Origin: Chloroflexi bacterium RBG_19FT_COMBO_62_14
GTDB lineage: Bacteria > Chloroflexota > Anaerolineae > Anaerolineales > E44-bin32
Reading direction: 5' to 3'
DNA length: 39,568 nucleotides
Assembly: GCA_001797105.1 (NCBI GenBank)
Contig: MGOM01000142.1
Span: 55,501 to 95,068 of the forward strand
The translations under genes and the position numbers were made by a program. Below, piece after piece: positions 1-8,036 of the stretch. Numbering within the stretch: the stretch's first letter is position 1; every line of letters starts with the position of its first letter. The notes beneath the pieces are model-generated. The model saw nothing but the letters and a program-made list of their open reading frames with translations, did not search any database and was not told the DNA's origin.

Positions 1-95
1 CGGCGGATCGGGTTCCCTGGGCGGTCGACGACCTCGCCGGCGCTCTCCAGAGTGGTCTGCTGGGAGACAAGCGCCAACTTCTCGAAGGCATCCAT
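1..95 (-). CDS. 5' end of an unidentified CDS running off the left edge (MDAFEKLALVSQQTTLESAGEVVDRPGNPIR...)
   Basis: ATG at 95-93 is the first start after an in-frame stop at 122-120. The frame stays open to the window edge. Too short to assign a family. Confidence 0.3.
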   Translation of the reverse strand, partial: MDAFEKLALVSQQTTLESAGEVVDRPGNPIR

Positions 96-102
96 ACCTC
101 TG

Positions 103-111
103 ATAATAGCA
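103..111 (-). promoter_or_regulatory. Extended -10-like element TGcTATTAT, 7 nt upstream of the ATG at 95
   Basis: The minus strand reads TGcTATTAT-cagaggt-ATG. No properly spaced Shine-Dalgarno motif, so a leaderless-type geometry. Confidence 0.35.
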
Positions 112-457
112 CGTATGTTCTATTCCGGCAACCGGTCAACAGACGCGGGGTGGATTCCAGGGAAGTTGGCAGAGGAAGCGAGGCAATCACGCTGCCTGGG
201 CAGGCAGGCTGCTCAACTGAACACGAAATCGGAATGGACCCAACAGGGGCCATGTGGGCATAGTCGTCAAGGTCCGCTCGCCCGGTCCGACCGAACCCGG
301 CCGATCAGCGACCCCGGTCGGCGCTGAGGGTCAGGCTGGTCTTGCTGCATTCCGCGTAACAGCCCCGTAAGGAATCTCCGAGAGAGTCGGTCAGGACGGT
401 TGGCGTGAAGCGCCGAGGCCGCTCGGCCGGGACGGTCGCTCACCGGCCCTGATCGGG

Positions 458-466
458 TGCGATAAT
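458..466 (+). promoter_or_regulatory. Extended -10-like element TGcGATAAT upstream of the two-component operon
   Basis: TG-n-GATAAT read directly, about 45-55 nt upstream of the candidate starts at 511/520. Confidence 0.3.
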
Positions 467-510
467 AGGGTTCCCTCAGAACCTGGTGAACTGCGACAGG
501 GTGTTAGGCA

Positions 511-1227
511 TTGGGTCAGATGATGATGAGTGGACCTTCACGCAAGGCTGAGAAAATCCTTGTCGTCGACGATGAGGCGACGATTCGTGAGGTGATCCGT
601 CGCTACCTCGAACGGGACGGCTTTGAAGTGATGGAGGCCGCCGACGGGGATGCGGCTCTGGATGTCGTCGAAGAGGTGGAGCCTGACCTGGTCGTTCTCG
701 ATCTGATGCTGCCCGGTTTGGACGGACTCAGCCTCACGCGACGCCTACGGGAGTACAGTGCTGTACCGGTCATCATGCTTACGGCAAAAGGTGCGGTTGA
801 AGACCGCATTGAAGGCCTAGAACTTGGCGCGGATGATTACGTTGTCAAGCCGTTCGATCCCAAGGAGCTTGCCAGCCGGGTGCGGGCGGTCTTGCGGCGC
901 TCGAAAGACGATGCTCCCCTTCCCGGACAATTGTTGGAACTCGGCGGCATCAACCTGGATCCGAATGCCCGGACCGTCAGCGTCCGGCATGAGCCTGTGA
1001 GTATGACCGCCAAGGAATTCGATCTGCTCTGGTTCTTCATGCGGCATCCGCGACAGGTTTTCTCAAGAGCGCAGGTTCTGGATCACGTCTGGGGATATGA
1101 CTTCTATGGCGACCCTTCCACTGTGACCGTGCATATCCGGCGACTGCGGGAGAAGATCGAGCGCGATCCTTCGCGCCCCGACTTGCTCCAGACGGTGTGG
1201 GGGGTGGGGTACAAGTTTGAGGCCTGA
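511..1227 (+). CDS. OmpR/PhoB-family response regulator (receiver + winged-helix DNA-binding domain)
   Basis: Receiver motifs ILVVDDE, LVVLDLMLPGLDG, MLTAK. C-terminal trans_reg_C-like LTAKEFDLLWFF...VWGYDF...TVTVHIRRLREKIE...GVGYKF. The start may be ATG 520/523/526 rather than TTG 511. Confidence 0.93.
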   Translation: MGQMMMSGPSRKAEKILVVDDEATIREVIRRYLERDGFEVMEAADGDAALDVVEEVEPDLVVLDLMLPGLDGLSLTRRLREYSAVPVIMLTAKGAVEDRIEGLELGADDYVVKPFDPKELASRVRAVLRRSKDDAPLPGQLLELGGINLDPNARTVSVRHEPVSMTAKEFDLLWFFMRHPRQVFSRAQVLDHVWGYDFYGDPSTVTVHIRRLREKIERDPSRPDLLQTVWGVGYKFEA

Positions 1228-1228
1228 C

Positions 1229-2503
1229 ATGTTGTCCTCGCGGGTCAGAGCAACCTTGTTCATCGTCGGCATCCTCATCGCCCTGGCGATTACGATCGCG
1301 CTGGTCGCGATGGTCATGCGACCCCCGGCGAGCGATTTGCTCCAACTCGTGTTGATCTTCGGCGCCAGCGCGGGGATCTCGGCGCTGGTCGGTTTCATCG
1401 CTCAACGATTGGGTTGGTGGCGTAGTTTCCCGACTCTGCGGAGCTCGCTCAGCCTGGGATTTGTCGTGGCAGCCGGCCTGACGATGTTCAACGTCTGGTT
1501 GGCGGCGCGCTTGATGTTCCTCAGCCCGCACGACCTGACTCTCTCCGGCCTATTGCTCCTTTTCGCCGGTGGTATCTCGGTCTCATTTGGCTTCCTCGTC
1601 TCGAACGCCATAACACACGCCCTCGGCTCGCTGCTGGGAGCGGCTTCGAGGCTGAGTGAAGGGGATTTCTCAGCCCGGGTCACCGTGGAGGGACGTGACG
1701 AAGTGGCTCAGTTGGCCGTGGCCTTCAATACAATGGCGGACCGTCTGCAGAAGGCCGCCGAGGAAGCGCGCCGGCTTGATGCCGCCCGGCGAGACTTTGT
1801 TGCCTGGGCCTCGCACGATCTGCGTACTCCCCTGTCATCGCTTATGGTCATGATCCAGGCCATTGACGACGGCGTTGTGACGGATCCGGATACCGTCACC
1901 CGGTATCTCAGACAGAGCCGGGCCGAGATTATGCGCATGGGAGAGATGATCGATGCCTTGTTCCAATTGTCGATGCTCGATACCGGCCAACTGACACTGC
2001 AATTGGAAGCCAGCTCGCTCTCCGACCTGATCTCCGACACGCTCGAGGCGTTCGGTGCCCGAGCCCGCGCCCAGGATGTCGCCTTGAGCGGCTCGGTTGG
2101 TGAAGGTCTGGATCCAGTGTGGTTGTCGCCAAAGGAGATTGGGCGCGTCCTGCAGAACTTGCTCGACAACGCGTTGCGTCATACCCCGCCCGGCGGGCAC
2201 GTTCGGGTCCGGGCGGAATGCCGGGGATCGGATGTGGTCGTATCGGTCGAGGACAGCGGCGAAGGCATCCGGCCCGAAGACCTGCCGTTTGTCTTCGATC
2301 GGTTCTTCCGAGGCGAACAAAGCCGTTCGCGGAGTGGTTTCGACCATGGTGGTGCGGGATTGGGGCTGGCCATCGCCAAGGGGATGGTCGAAGCCCATGG
2401 GGGGCAAATCTGGGCCGATAGCTCCCCCGGCCAAGGAGCGACATTTCGATTTCGGATCGCCCGCCGGTCAGACGTTCAGGGTGAGTCAACTCACATGGTA
2501 TAG
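1229..2503 (+). CDS. Sensor histidine kinase (2 TM + HAMP + HisKA + HATPase_c)
   Basis: H-box FVAWASHDLRTPL, N-box LQNLLDNALRHTP, G1 VEDSGEGI, G2 GGAGLGLAI. ATG 1229 lies 1 nt after the regulator's stop; the ORF track starts at TTG 1217. Confidence 0.9.
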   Translation: MLSSRVRATLFIVGILIALAITIALVAMVMRPPASDLLQLVLIFGASAGISALVGFIAQRLGWWRSFPTLRSSLSLGFVVAAGLTMFNVWLAARLMFLSPHDLTLSGLLLLFAGGISVSFGFLVSNAITHALGSLLGAASRLSEGDFSARVTVEGRDEVAQLAVAFNTMADRLQKAAEEARRLDAARRDFVAWASHDLRTPLSSLMVMIQAIDDGVVTDPDTVTRYLRQSRAEIMRMGEMIDALFQLSMLDTGQLTLQLEASSLSDLISDTLEAFGARARAQDVALSGSVGEGLDPVWLSPKEIGRVLQNLLDNALRHTPPGGHVRVRAECRGSDVVVSVEDSGEGIRPEDLPFVFDRFFRGEQSRSRSGFDHGGAGLGLAIAKGMVEAHGGQIWADSSPGQGATFRFRIARRSDVQGESTHMV

Positions 2504-2532
2504 CCCGCTCGGGAAAGGACGGTGGTAATGGG

Positions 2533-4170
2533 ATGGGTGAATCTACACAGGTGCAAATGACGGAAGGCAACCGGCCCGCGATTTGGACCGGCGCGGCGTT
2601 GGGGGCGCTGACCAGCCTGCCCGTCATGGGGTTAAGCTATCTTGCCGAACGGCTGCTTCAAGTGCCCTTCGTACCTTTCGAGGTCTTCGACTGGTTGGCG
2701 CGGGTGCTGCCCGGACAAATAATCACGACGACCATCGACCTCATGGTGGCGGTGATCCGAGCGCTGCAACTCGGGCCGACGGCCTCAACCGCCAAATTGG
2801 CCGAGCAAGGACAGGCTATCGGGATATTCCTGGTCACCGGCGCCGTGCTTGGAGCCGTCCTGGCGGTCTACGCTCGTGGTTCCAAGAGCCCGGTCGGGCT
2901 GGGTTTGACAGGCGGCGCGGTGCTCTTGCTGGCGATGATCCCGGTTGAGTTGACGCTCGGGTTCCCCCAGGCCGGACCCGTTACGACCCTGATCTGGCTT
3001 GCGATTCTGTTCGGCGCATGGGGTGTGGTCCTTGTCTGGCTGACCGTCAGGGCCAGGGCTGCACTCCTCCAGGAACCGGAGGCTTCGCTCTCACGTCGAC
3101 AATTCCTGTACCTTGTCGGAGGCGGCACGATCGTAGTGACCGTCGGATCGGCCGGGTTGGCGTCGCTGCTGGAGACAGGGGAGGTGGAGGTGCAGGGGCC
3201 GCCGGCCACCCTTGCACCTAGCCTGGCTGGCACCACCGGACCGGCCTCGTCACCGCCGGATGATGTACTGGCCCAGCGGATCGCGCCGGCGCCGGGAACA
3301 CGGCCTGAGCTCACGTCGAACGAGGATTTCTACCGGATCGACATTAACACGCGACCGCCGGAGGTAGACGGAGCCGGCTGGCACCTGCAAGTGGACGGCA
3401 TGGTGGAACAGCCGCTTTCGCTGACGGTGGACGATCTCCGTGCGTTCCCCGCCGTCAGCCAGGTGATCACGTTGGAATGCATCTCGAACCCGGTGGGCGG
3501 GGACCTGATCAGCACCAGTCGCTGGACCGGGGCTCGACTGTCGGATGTGCTCCAACGGGCGGGAATGCTCCCTACAGCCGTCGAAGCTTACGTGACCGCC
3601 GCCGACGGGTTCTATGAAAGTATCGCGATGTCCGATATCACGGATCCACGGACGCTTCTGGTGTACGACATGAACGGGGAACCTCTGTCTTCGGAGCACG
3701 GATTCCCGCTCAGAGTCTACATCCCCAACCGTCATGGGATGAAGCAACCCAAATGGATCGAGCGAATCGAGATCATCGATCGGCGAGGTCCCGGCTACTG
3801 GGTTGATCGAGGCTGGGATGCTGAGGCGATCGTGCACACGACGTCCGTCGTTGATGCGGCCGACAAGGCGGAGGCTGAAGCAAGCAGCCCCACGGTCCCG
3901 GTTGGCGGGATTGCCTATGCTGGGGCACGCGAGATCAGCAAAGTCGAAGTGCAAATCGATGACGGACCCTGGGTCGAGGCGGAGTTGCGAGTGCCTACCT
4001 TGAGCCCGCTGAGTTGGGTCCAGTGGCGTTATGACTGGCCTTACACGAGCGGCCGTCATACGATCAGTGTCCGCGCCTATGATGGGAAAGGCGACTTGCA
4101 GGTAGTCGAACGGCGACCCCCGAGCCCGAGTGGTGCGACCGGAATCGACAGTTTGATTGTTGATCTGTGA
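2533..4170 (+). CDS. Molybdopterin-dependent oxidoreductase (sulfite oxidase/MsrP-YedY family) fused to an N-terminal polytopic membrane domain
   Basis: Moco-domain motifs ITLECISNPVGG (Cys ligand context), LLVYDMNGEPLSSEHGFPLRVYIPNRHGMKQPKWIERIEI, plus a C-terminal Ig-like segment. The N-terminal ~185 aa are hydrophobic helices. Confidence 0.85.
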   Translation: MGESTQVQMTEGNRPAIWTGAALGALTSLPVMGLSYLAERLLQVPFVPFEVFDWLARVLPGQIITTTIDLMVAVIRALQLGPTASTAKLAEQGQAIGIFLVTGAVLGAVLAVYARGSKSPVGLGLTGGAVLLLAMIPVELTLGFPQAGPVTTLIWLAILFGAWGVVLVWLTVRARAALLQEPEASLSRRQFLYLVGGGTIVVTVGSAGLASLLETGEVEVQGPPATLAPSLAGTTGPASSPPDDVLAQRIAPAPGTRPELTSNEDFYRIDINTRPPEVDGAGWHLQVDGMVEQPLSLTVDDLRAFPAVSQVITLECISNPVGGDLISTSRWTGARLSDVLQRAGMLPTAVEAYVTAADGFYESIAMSDITDPRTLLVYDMNGEPLSSEHGFPLRVYIPNRHGMKQPKWIERIEIIDRRGPGYWVDRGWDAEAIVHTTSVVDAADKAEAEASSPTVPVGGIAYAGAREISKVEVQIDDGPWVEAELRVPTLSPLSWVQWRYDWPYTSGRHTISVRAYDGKGDLQVVERRPPSPSGATGIDSLIVDL

Positions 4171-4216
4171 TCGAGGTCGATGAGGAGACAGAGGGTGAGG
4201 GGGAGGTTGCCGTCAT

Positions 4217-4238
4217 CCCCCACCCCTACCCCTCCCCC
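4217..4238 (-). other. Canonical G-quadruplex-forming motif GGGGGAGGGGTAGGGGTGGGGG, 3' of herA
   Basis: Plus strand reads CCCCCACCCCTACCCCTCCCCC. That gives four G-runs of 4-5 with 1-2 nt loops on the minus strand. Partly complementary to the G-rich 4193-4204 segment. Confidence 0.5.
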
Positions 4239-4296
4239 GACACCCTGCTTTGGCTTTACTCTCGTCTCGTGCGGTCGGGATCTACGGCGGTGGGCG

Positions 4297-5970
4297 TCAG
4301 TCCCCGAACAACGTCTCGGCACCGCGTTTGGCTCGAGCCTTGCGCTCCTCGCCATCCACGACCCCTATGGCGCTGTAGAAAGACTGATCGTAGTCGCGCG
4401 TGCGAACGACCACGGGCATGGGGACGGCATGGCCCATGATGAGCGCCTGCTGGCGTGTGTCGAGCCGGGCGAGCACTTCGCGCAGCGCGCCCGCCCCGCT
4501 GACGCCGGAGAAAACCGCCCGGATGTCGGCTTCATTGTCGAGCAGACACGTCACTCGAGTTCCGATCTGGCTCATGACCTCGTCATCGATCCCGCTCGGG
4601 CGCTGATCGACGATGAGCAAAGTGACGTTGTACTTGCGCAGCTCGCGGGCGATGTTCCCGAAGATCGTGTGGCCGGCGATTTGAGGATCGAGGAACTTGT
4701 GCGCCTCCTCGATGACGATCATCAGCGGCCGGGGTTCATCGGCCTGTCCGCCGGCGTGACGGTTCATTCGGTCGACATAGCGAGCGTGGATGCGCCGCGT
4801 CAGATAGTTGGCCACCAGCACGTAGGCCGCCAGTGTGTTGCCGTATCGGCCGAATTCCAGGACGATGCTCGTTCCGAGATTCAGTCGATTGAAGATATCA
4901 TCGACGGCCTCATCGCCCTTACCAGGGACAAGGAAACCCATTCGGCGGAAGAACGATTCGAACTTGCGCTGGATCGCGTCCAGCGTTCCGGGCAGGATCC
5001 GGCCGCTTAGCACCAACTCCTGAAGTTCTTCCCCCGCTTGCTCTTCTTCCAGCAGTTTGGCGATCCAGGCCGGGCCCAGCCTGCGTCGCAGGTAGTAAAG
5101 AGCCCCGGTCTGGATGTCGCTCAGCCCCATCAAGCCGGCGAGCATCTCCACATCCTCCGGCTCTATCTGCTCGTAGCCGATCTTGAGGATACGGTCGATC
5201 TTGCTACCGCGCGCTCGCGAGGTCTCCTCATCCAGCGTGACCACGTTCACTCGCCCGTCGGGGAAGAGCTGCCGCAAGCCTTTGTACTGGTGCTGACCCT
5301 CCCCCTTGACCGCCCAGCCGTAGTCGTTATGCATATCGAAGACCAGGCTTGAGGCCAATCCGGACTTGACGATGCCGGCCAAGATGGTGCGGGTGATGAA
5401 GGACTTCCCGGTGCCGCTCTTGCCGAAGACACCCGAGGAGCGCGCAACGAAACGGCCCAGGTCGAGATTTACCTGGACGAGCTCCATGTCGAGAGGCGAG
5501 CCGATGAAGAAGTGGCTCTGATCTTCACGGCCGAAGACCCGCTCGACATCCGCTGCAGTCGCTTCGTGCACGCGGCTGAAGTGGGCCGGGATCGTCTTGA
5601 TCGGGCGCGGTTCTTGGGCACCCTCATCCAGCACGAGCATCGGGGTCACCTGCATCGCCCCATAGGCGACGCTGCCACGGTAAACCTCGGCGCTAAAACT
5701 ATCGGAGGGGTCCGGGGGCCTTCGGGGAAGGTCGGGATTGGCGGCGTCCAGGAGGATGTCGGTGATGATGCCGAAGAACGTCCGTCGGCTCTGACCTTGG
5801 ATAACCACGTAGCGGCCGACGGCGAGGCGTTCGATAGACAGATGGGGGTCGAGCTTGACCCTCAAGCCGGCGGAAAGGGATCCGCCGACGACGGTCCCCA
5901 GAGGTGTCTCGCCCTGGCGTTCGCCGAAGTAGGAGTCGAGATCCGAGGCATCGGTCATCCGGCCCTCCAA
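4297..5970 (-). CDS. herA: HerA-like FtsK/HerA-superfamily ATPase (HAS-barrel + DUF87-type P-loop)
   Basis: N-terminal barrel-like LGTVVGGSLSAGLRVKLD...VGRYVVIQGQSRRTFFGIITDI. Walker A GKSGTGKS. Walker B LMIVIEEAHKFL. Also LLIVDQRPSGID. Confidence 0.85.
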   Translation of the reverse strand: MEGRMTDASDLDSYFGERQGETPLGTVVGGSLSAGLRVKLDPHLSIERLAVGRYVVIQGQSRRTFFGIITDILLDAANPDLPRRPPDPSDSFSAEVYRGSVAYGAMQVTPMLVLDEGAQEPRPIKTIPAHFSRVHEATAADVERVFGREDQSHFFIGSPLDMELVQVNLDLGRFVARSSGVFGKSGTGKSFITRTILAGIVKSGLASSLVFDMHNDYGWAVKGEGQHQYKGLRQLFPDGRVNVVTLDEETSRARGSKIDRILKIGYEQIEPEDVEMLAGLMGLSDIQTGALYYLRRRLGPAWIAKLLEEEQAGEELQELVLSGRILPGTLDAIQRKFESFFRRMGFLVPGKGDEAVDDIFNRLNLGTSIVLEFGRYGNTLAAYVLVANYLTRRIHARYVDRMNRHAGGQADEPRPLMIVIEEAHKFLDPQIAGHTIFGNIARELRKYNVTLLIVDQRPSGIDDEVMSQIGTRVTCLLDNEADIRAVFSGVSGAGALREVLARLDTRQQALIMGHAVPMPVVVRTRDYDQSFYSAIGVVDGEERKARAKRGAETLFGD

Positions 5971-6004
5971 TGCGCGGCGAAGCGCGTCCCGTCCCGGTCT
6001 TTGA

Positions 6005-6601
6005 TCATGTCTGCAGACTGCGGATGAGGTTCTCGAGGCGGTTGAGGTCGGCCGCCATGAAGCGGGCGCATTCCCGTCCGGCTTGGACCAGGTAGGGAAG
6101 GCGCTGTTTTTCGGGATAGGTCAGTGAGGCCTGCTTGAGGGCCGCCGCCAGCAAGTCGTCGACCGGAAGTCGGTCGGCGCCGAAGATCAGAGGCAGGAAG
6201 TCGAAGCGCTCGGTGAAGGAGTGGACCTCGTTCACGTCGAGGGGGTAGACCTCCGCCAGCGTGAGAGGAGGCTGTGGCGGAAGCGTGTAGTGATAGGTCC
6301 CTTCCCGAGCAAAGCCGACAGTTAGCGCACTAAATTCGAGCGGTACCTGCCGATTCGTCTGGGCATCGGCAAGCTGTTCGCGCGAGAGGTCTCCCGCACT
6401 TGCCATCTGCCGGGCGAGCTCGTCATCCTCGATGCTCAGATCGTAGATCAAGCCGATCACCCGGGCCTGCCCGTGTTGTGTCTCAACCACGCAGAACCCA
6501 CCGAATGCAGGAATGTCGGGCTCAGGCAAGCGGACGGCCCCGACGAAGCCGCGCGTGCTGCAGCGCGTGACCCTCCCAATAGGCACCTGGGTGACGACCA
6601 T
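6005..6601 (-). CDS. Hypothetical 198-aa protein, N-terminal HAS-barrel-like fold, no ATPase motifs
   Basis: PIGRVTRCSTRGFVGAVRL...FGGFCVVETQHGQARVIGLIYDLSIEDD parallels the HerA N-terminal barrel pattern. Sits between nurA (16-nt gap) and herA (34-nt gap). Confidence 0.6.
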   Translation of the reverse strand: MVVTQVPIGRVTRCSTRGFVGAVRLPEPDIPAFGGFCVVETQHGQARVIGLIYDLSIEDDELARQMASAGDLSREQLADAQTNRQVPLEFSALTVGFAREGTYHYTLPPQPPLTLAEVYPLDVNEVHSFTERFDFLPLIFGADRLPVDDLLAAALKQASLTYPEKQRLPYLVQAGRECARFMAADLNRLENLIRSLQT

Positions 6602-6617
6602 GCTTTATCTCACTCCT

Positions 6618-7799
6618 CTAGACGCGATGGCGCCGGCGCGCTCCGGTCCAGCGTTTAGTCTGTGCTTTCTGCGAGATTCGAGGCCGAAGGCCGCGGCGGA
6701 TGAGAGATTGCTCGATCATAGCCTCGAAGGCCTGCCTGTCGGCGGCGGTGACAACAGCCAGCTCATGGGCGCGGACGAGCGGATAGGGGAAACCTCCGGT
6801 GGTCTTAGACTGTTCAATGATCCCGGCGTGCACCCACTCCAGCCTCTTCGGGTCTTCGGCCACCCAACCGGGGATCTCGACGCGAGCGATGTTGTGCGCG
6901 CCTCCCGTGTTGAGATAGAAGAACTGGATCTGGTGCCCGACGGTCTCGAAGTCGCGATTCACCGGAGAACTATCCACAAAGCGCGCGCTGCGCTGGCCGG
7001 GCTCGAGGCGTTCGGCAAAGAGGGCGCGATCGGTGAGGCCCCGGTAAGGGCTGATGGCTGGTGAGGACTCCGGGTCTGGTTCGGGCGCCAGAACCAGGGC
7101 CAAGAGTGCCAGGACATCCGCGCTGCGCGGCCGATCGACCAAGCCGGCGACCGCAACCCCGCTCGCTCGAAGTCGGGTGAGATGCTGTAAGTACTCGGCC
7201 AGCAATCGGTCGACGGCCTTTCGATGCTGATCACCTGCCTGCAGGGCGAGCCAAAGAAGCAGGCCGTTGTCCAGGAGCGCCAATGTTGGCGCACCGCTGC
7301 AGCTCTCGGCCAGACGCGCCAGCGTCTCCATCTCGGCCACATCGCGCTTGCCATTGATCCAGGCCGGCGAGGCCAGGTCCCCGCTATCTCCGTAGAGGTC
7401 GGCGTCGTCATAGAACACGCCGGCCTCACTGGCCGTGCGTGGTGCGCTGCCCGTACCCTGTTCGATCAGGATGGATCCGATGTTGATCAAGAAATACAGC
7501 GCGGGTGCGTGCCGGTCGGGGAGGATCTGCGAACCGTCCGCTCCGATGACGTTGAGACGAGAGGGATGGGGGGGAAGGCCGAAAACCACATTGACGGGCT
7601 CATCCGTCGGATGTGCCCCCCGCCAACGCTCCCCGGCTCGCCGGATGCGGTTGGTCAGCTCGTCCCGGCCGATGCGCTGGGCCTCATCGATCGAGCGCAG
7701 GGCCACCGGGAGTTTGCGCGCGGCTTCGGCTGCCCGCCGGGCCGCGCTCTCTCCCAGGCCTTCAATCTGCGTCAACAGCTGAGGAAATCGGAGGCTCAT
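6618..7799 (-). CDS. nurA: NurA-domain nuclease-like protein
   Basis: Motifs in the order expected for NurA: VIGADGSQI, RDVAEMETL, LALLDNGLL, GFPYPLVRAHELAVV. Confidence 0.75.
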   Translation of the reverse strand: MSLRFPQLLTQIEGLGESAARRAAEAARKLPVALRSIDEAQRIGRDELTNRIRRAGERWRGAHPTDEPVNVVFGLPPHPSRLNVIGADGSQILPDRHAPALYFLINIGSILIEQGTGSAPRTASEAGVFYDDADLYGDSGDLASPAWINGKRDVAEMETLARLAESCSGAPTLALLDNGLLLWLALQAGDQHRKAVDRLLAEYLQHLTRLRASGVAVAGLVDRPRSADVLALLALVLAPEPDPESSPAISPYRGLTDRALFAERLEPGQRSARFVDSSPVNRDFETVGHQIQFFYLNTGGAHNIARVEIPGWVAEDPKRLEWVHAGIIEQSKTTGGFPYPLVRAHELAVVTAADRQAFEAMIEQSLIRRGLRPRISQKAQTKRWTGARRRHRV

Positions 7800-7828
7800 T
7801 GCCAGACTTGATCGAACACCTGTTCCGG

Positions 7829-7857
7829 ATTATATCCGAAGCAATCGAGTCTGCAAA
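7829..7857 (-). promoter_or_regulatory. Sigma70-like promoter for nurA-X-herA (-35 TTTGCA, 17-bp spacer, -10 TATAAT)
   Basis: Minus strand: TTTGCA (7857-7852), 17 nt, TATAAT (7834-7829). About 23-30 nt upstream of ATG 7799. Confidence 0.5.
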
Positions 7858-8020
7858 TTCGCGGCTCGCGGGTGCGGCTCCTTGAGATGAGCGCGGATAC
7901 CACCCCTTATATCGCTCCGACTGTCGGACGTTCACTCGCGAGACCGGCGCGTGACAGATGCCCCAAGTTCCATCCGATCAGCCCGGAAGTCACGCTGATA
8001 TGGCCGGTCTAAGGTGGTTG

Positions 8021-8029
8021 TGCTATACT
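8021..8029 (+). promoter_or_regulatory. Extended -10 element TGcTATACT, 7 nt upstream of ATG 8037
   Basis: Reads TGcTATACT-gcgcgaa-ATG. The -35 (TGGCCG) is weak. No Shine-Dalgarno motif fits in the 7-nt gap. Confidence 0.4.
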
Positions 8030-8036
8030 GCGCGAA

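Noticed and set aside
52-327. 91-aa plus-strand ORF in the first intergenic region
   Set aside because: Arg/Ser/Gln-rich, non-protein-like composition. No RBS or promoter context. It overlaps the start of the minus-strand edge gene. Most likely a chance ORF in high-GC DNA.
4180-5010. 276-aa plus-strand ORF (and 5512-6027) antisense to herA
   Set aside because: A shadow ORF opposite a gene with clear Walker motifs. Arg/Asp/Pro-rich low-information sequence, typical of the antisense frame in high-GC genomes.
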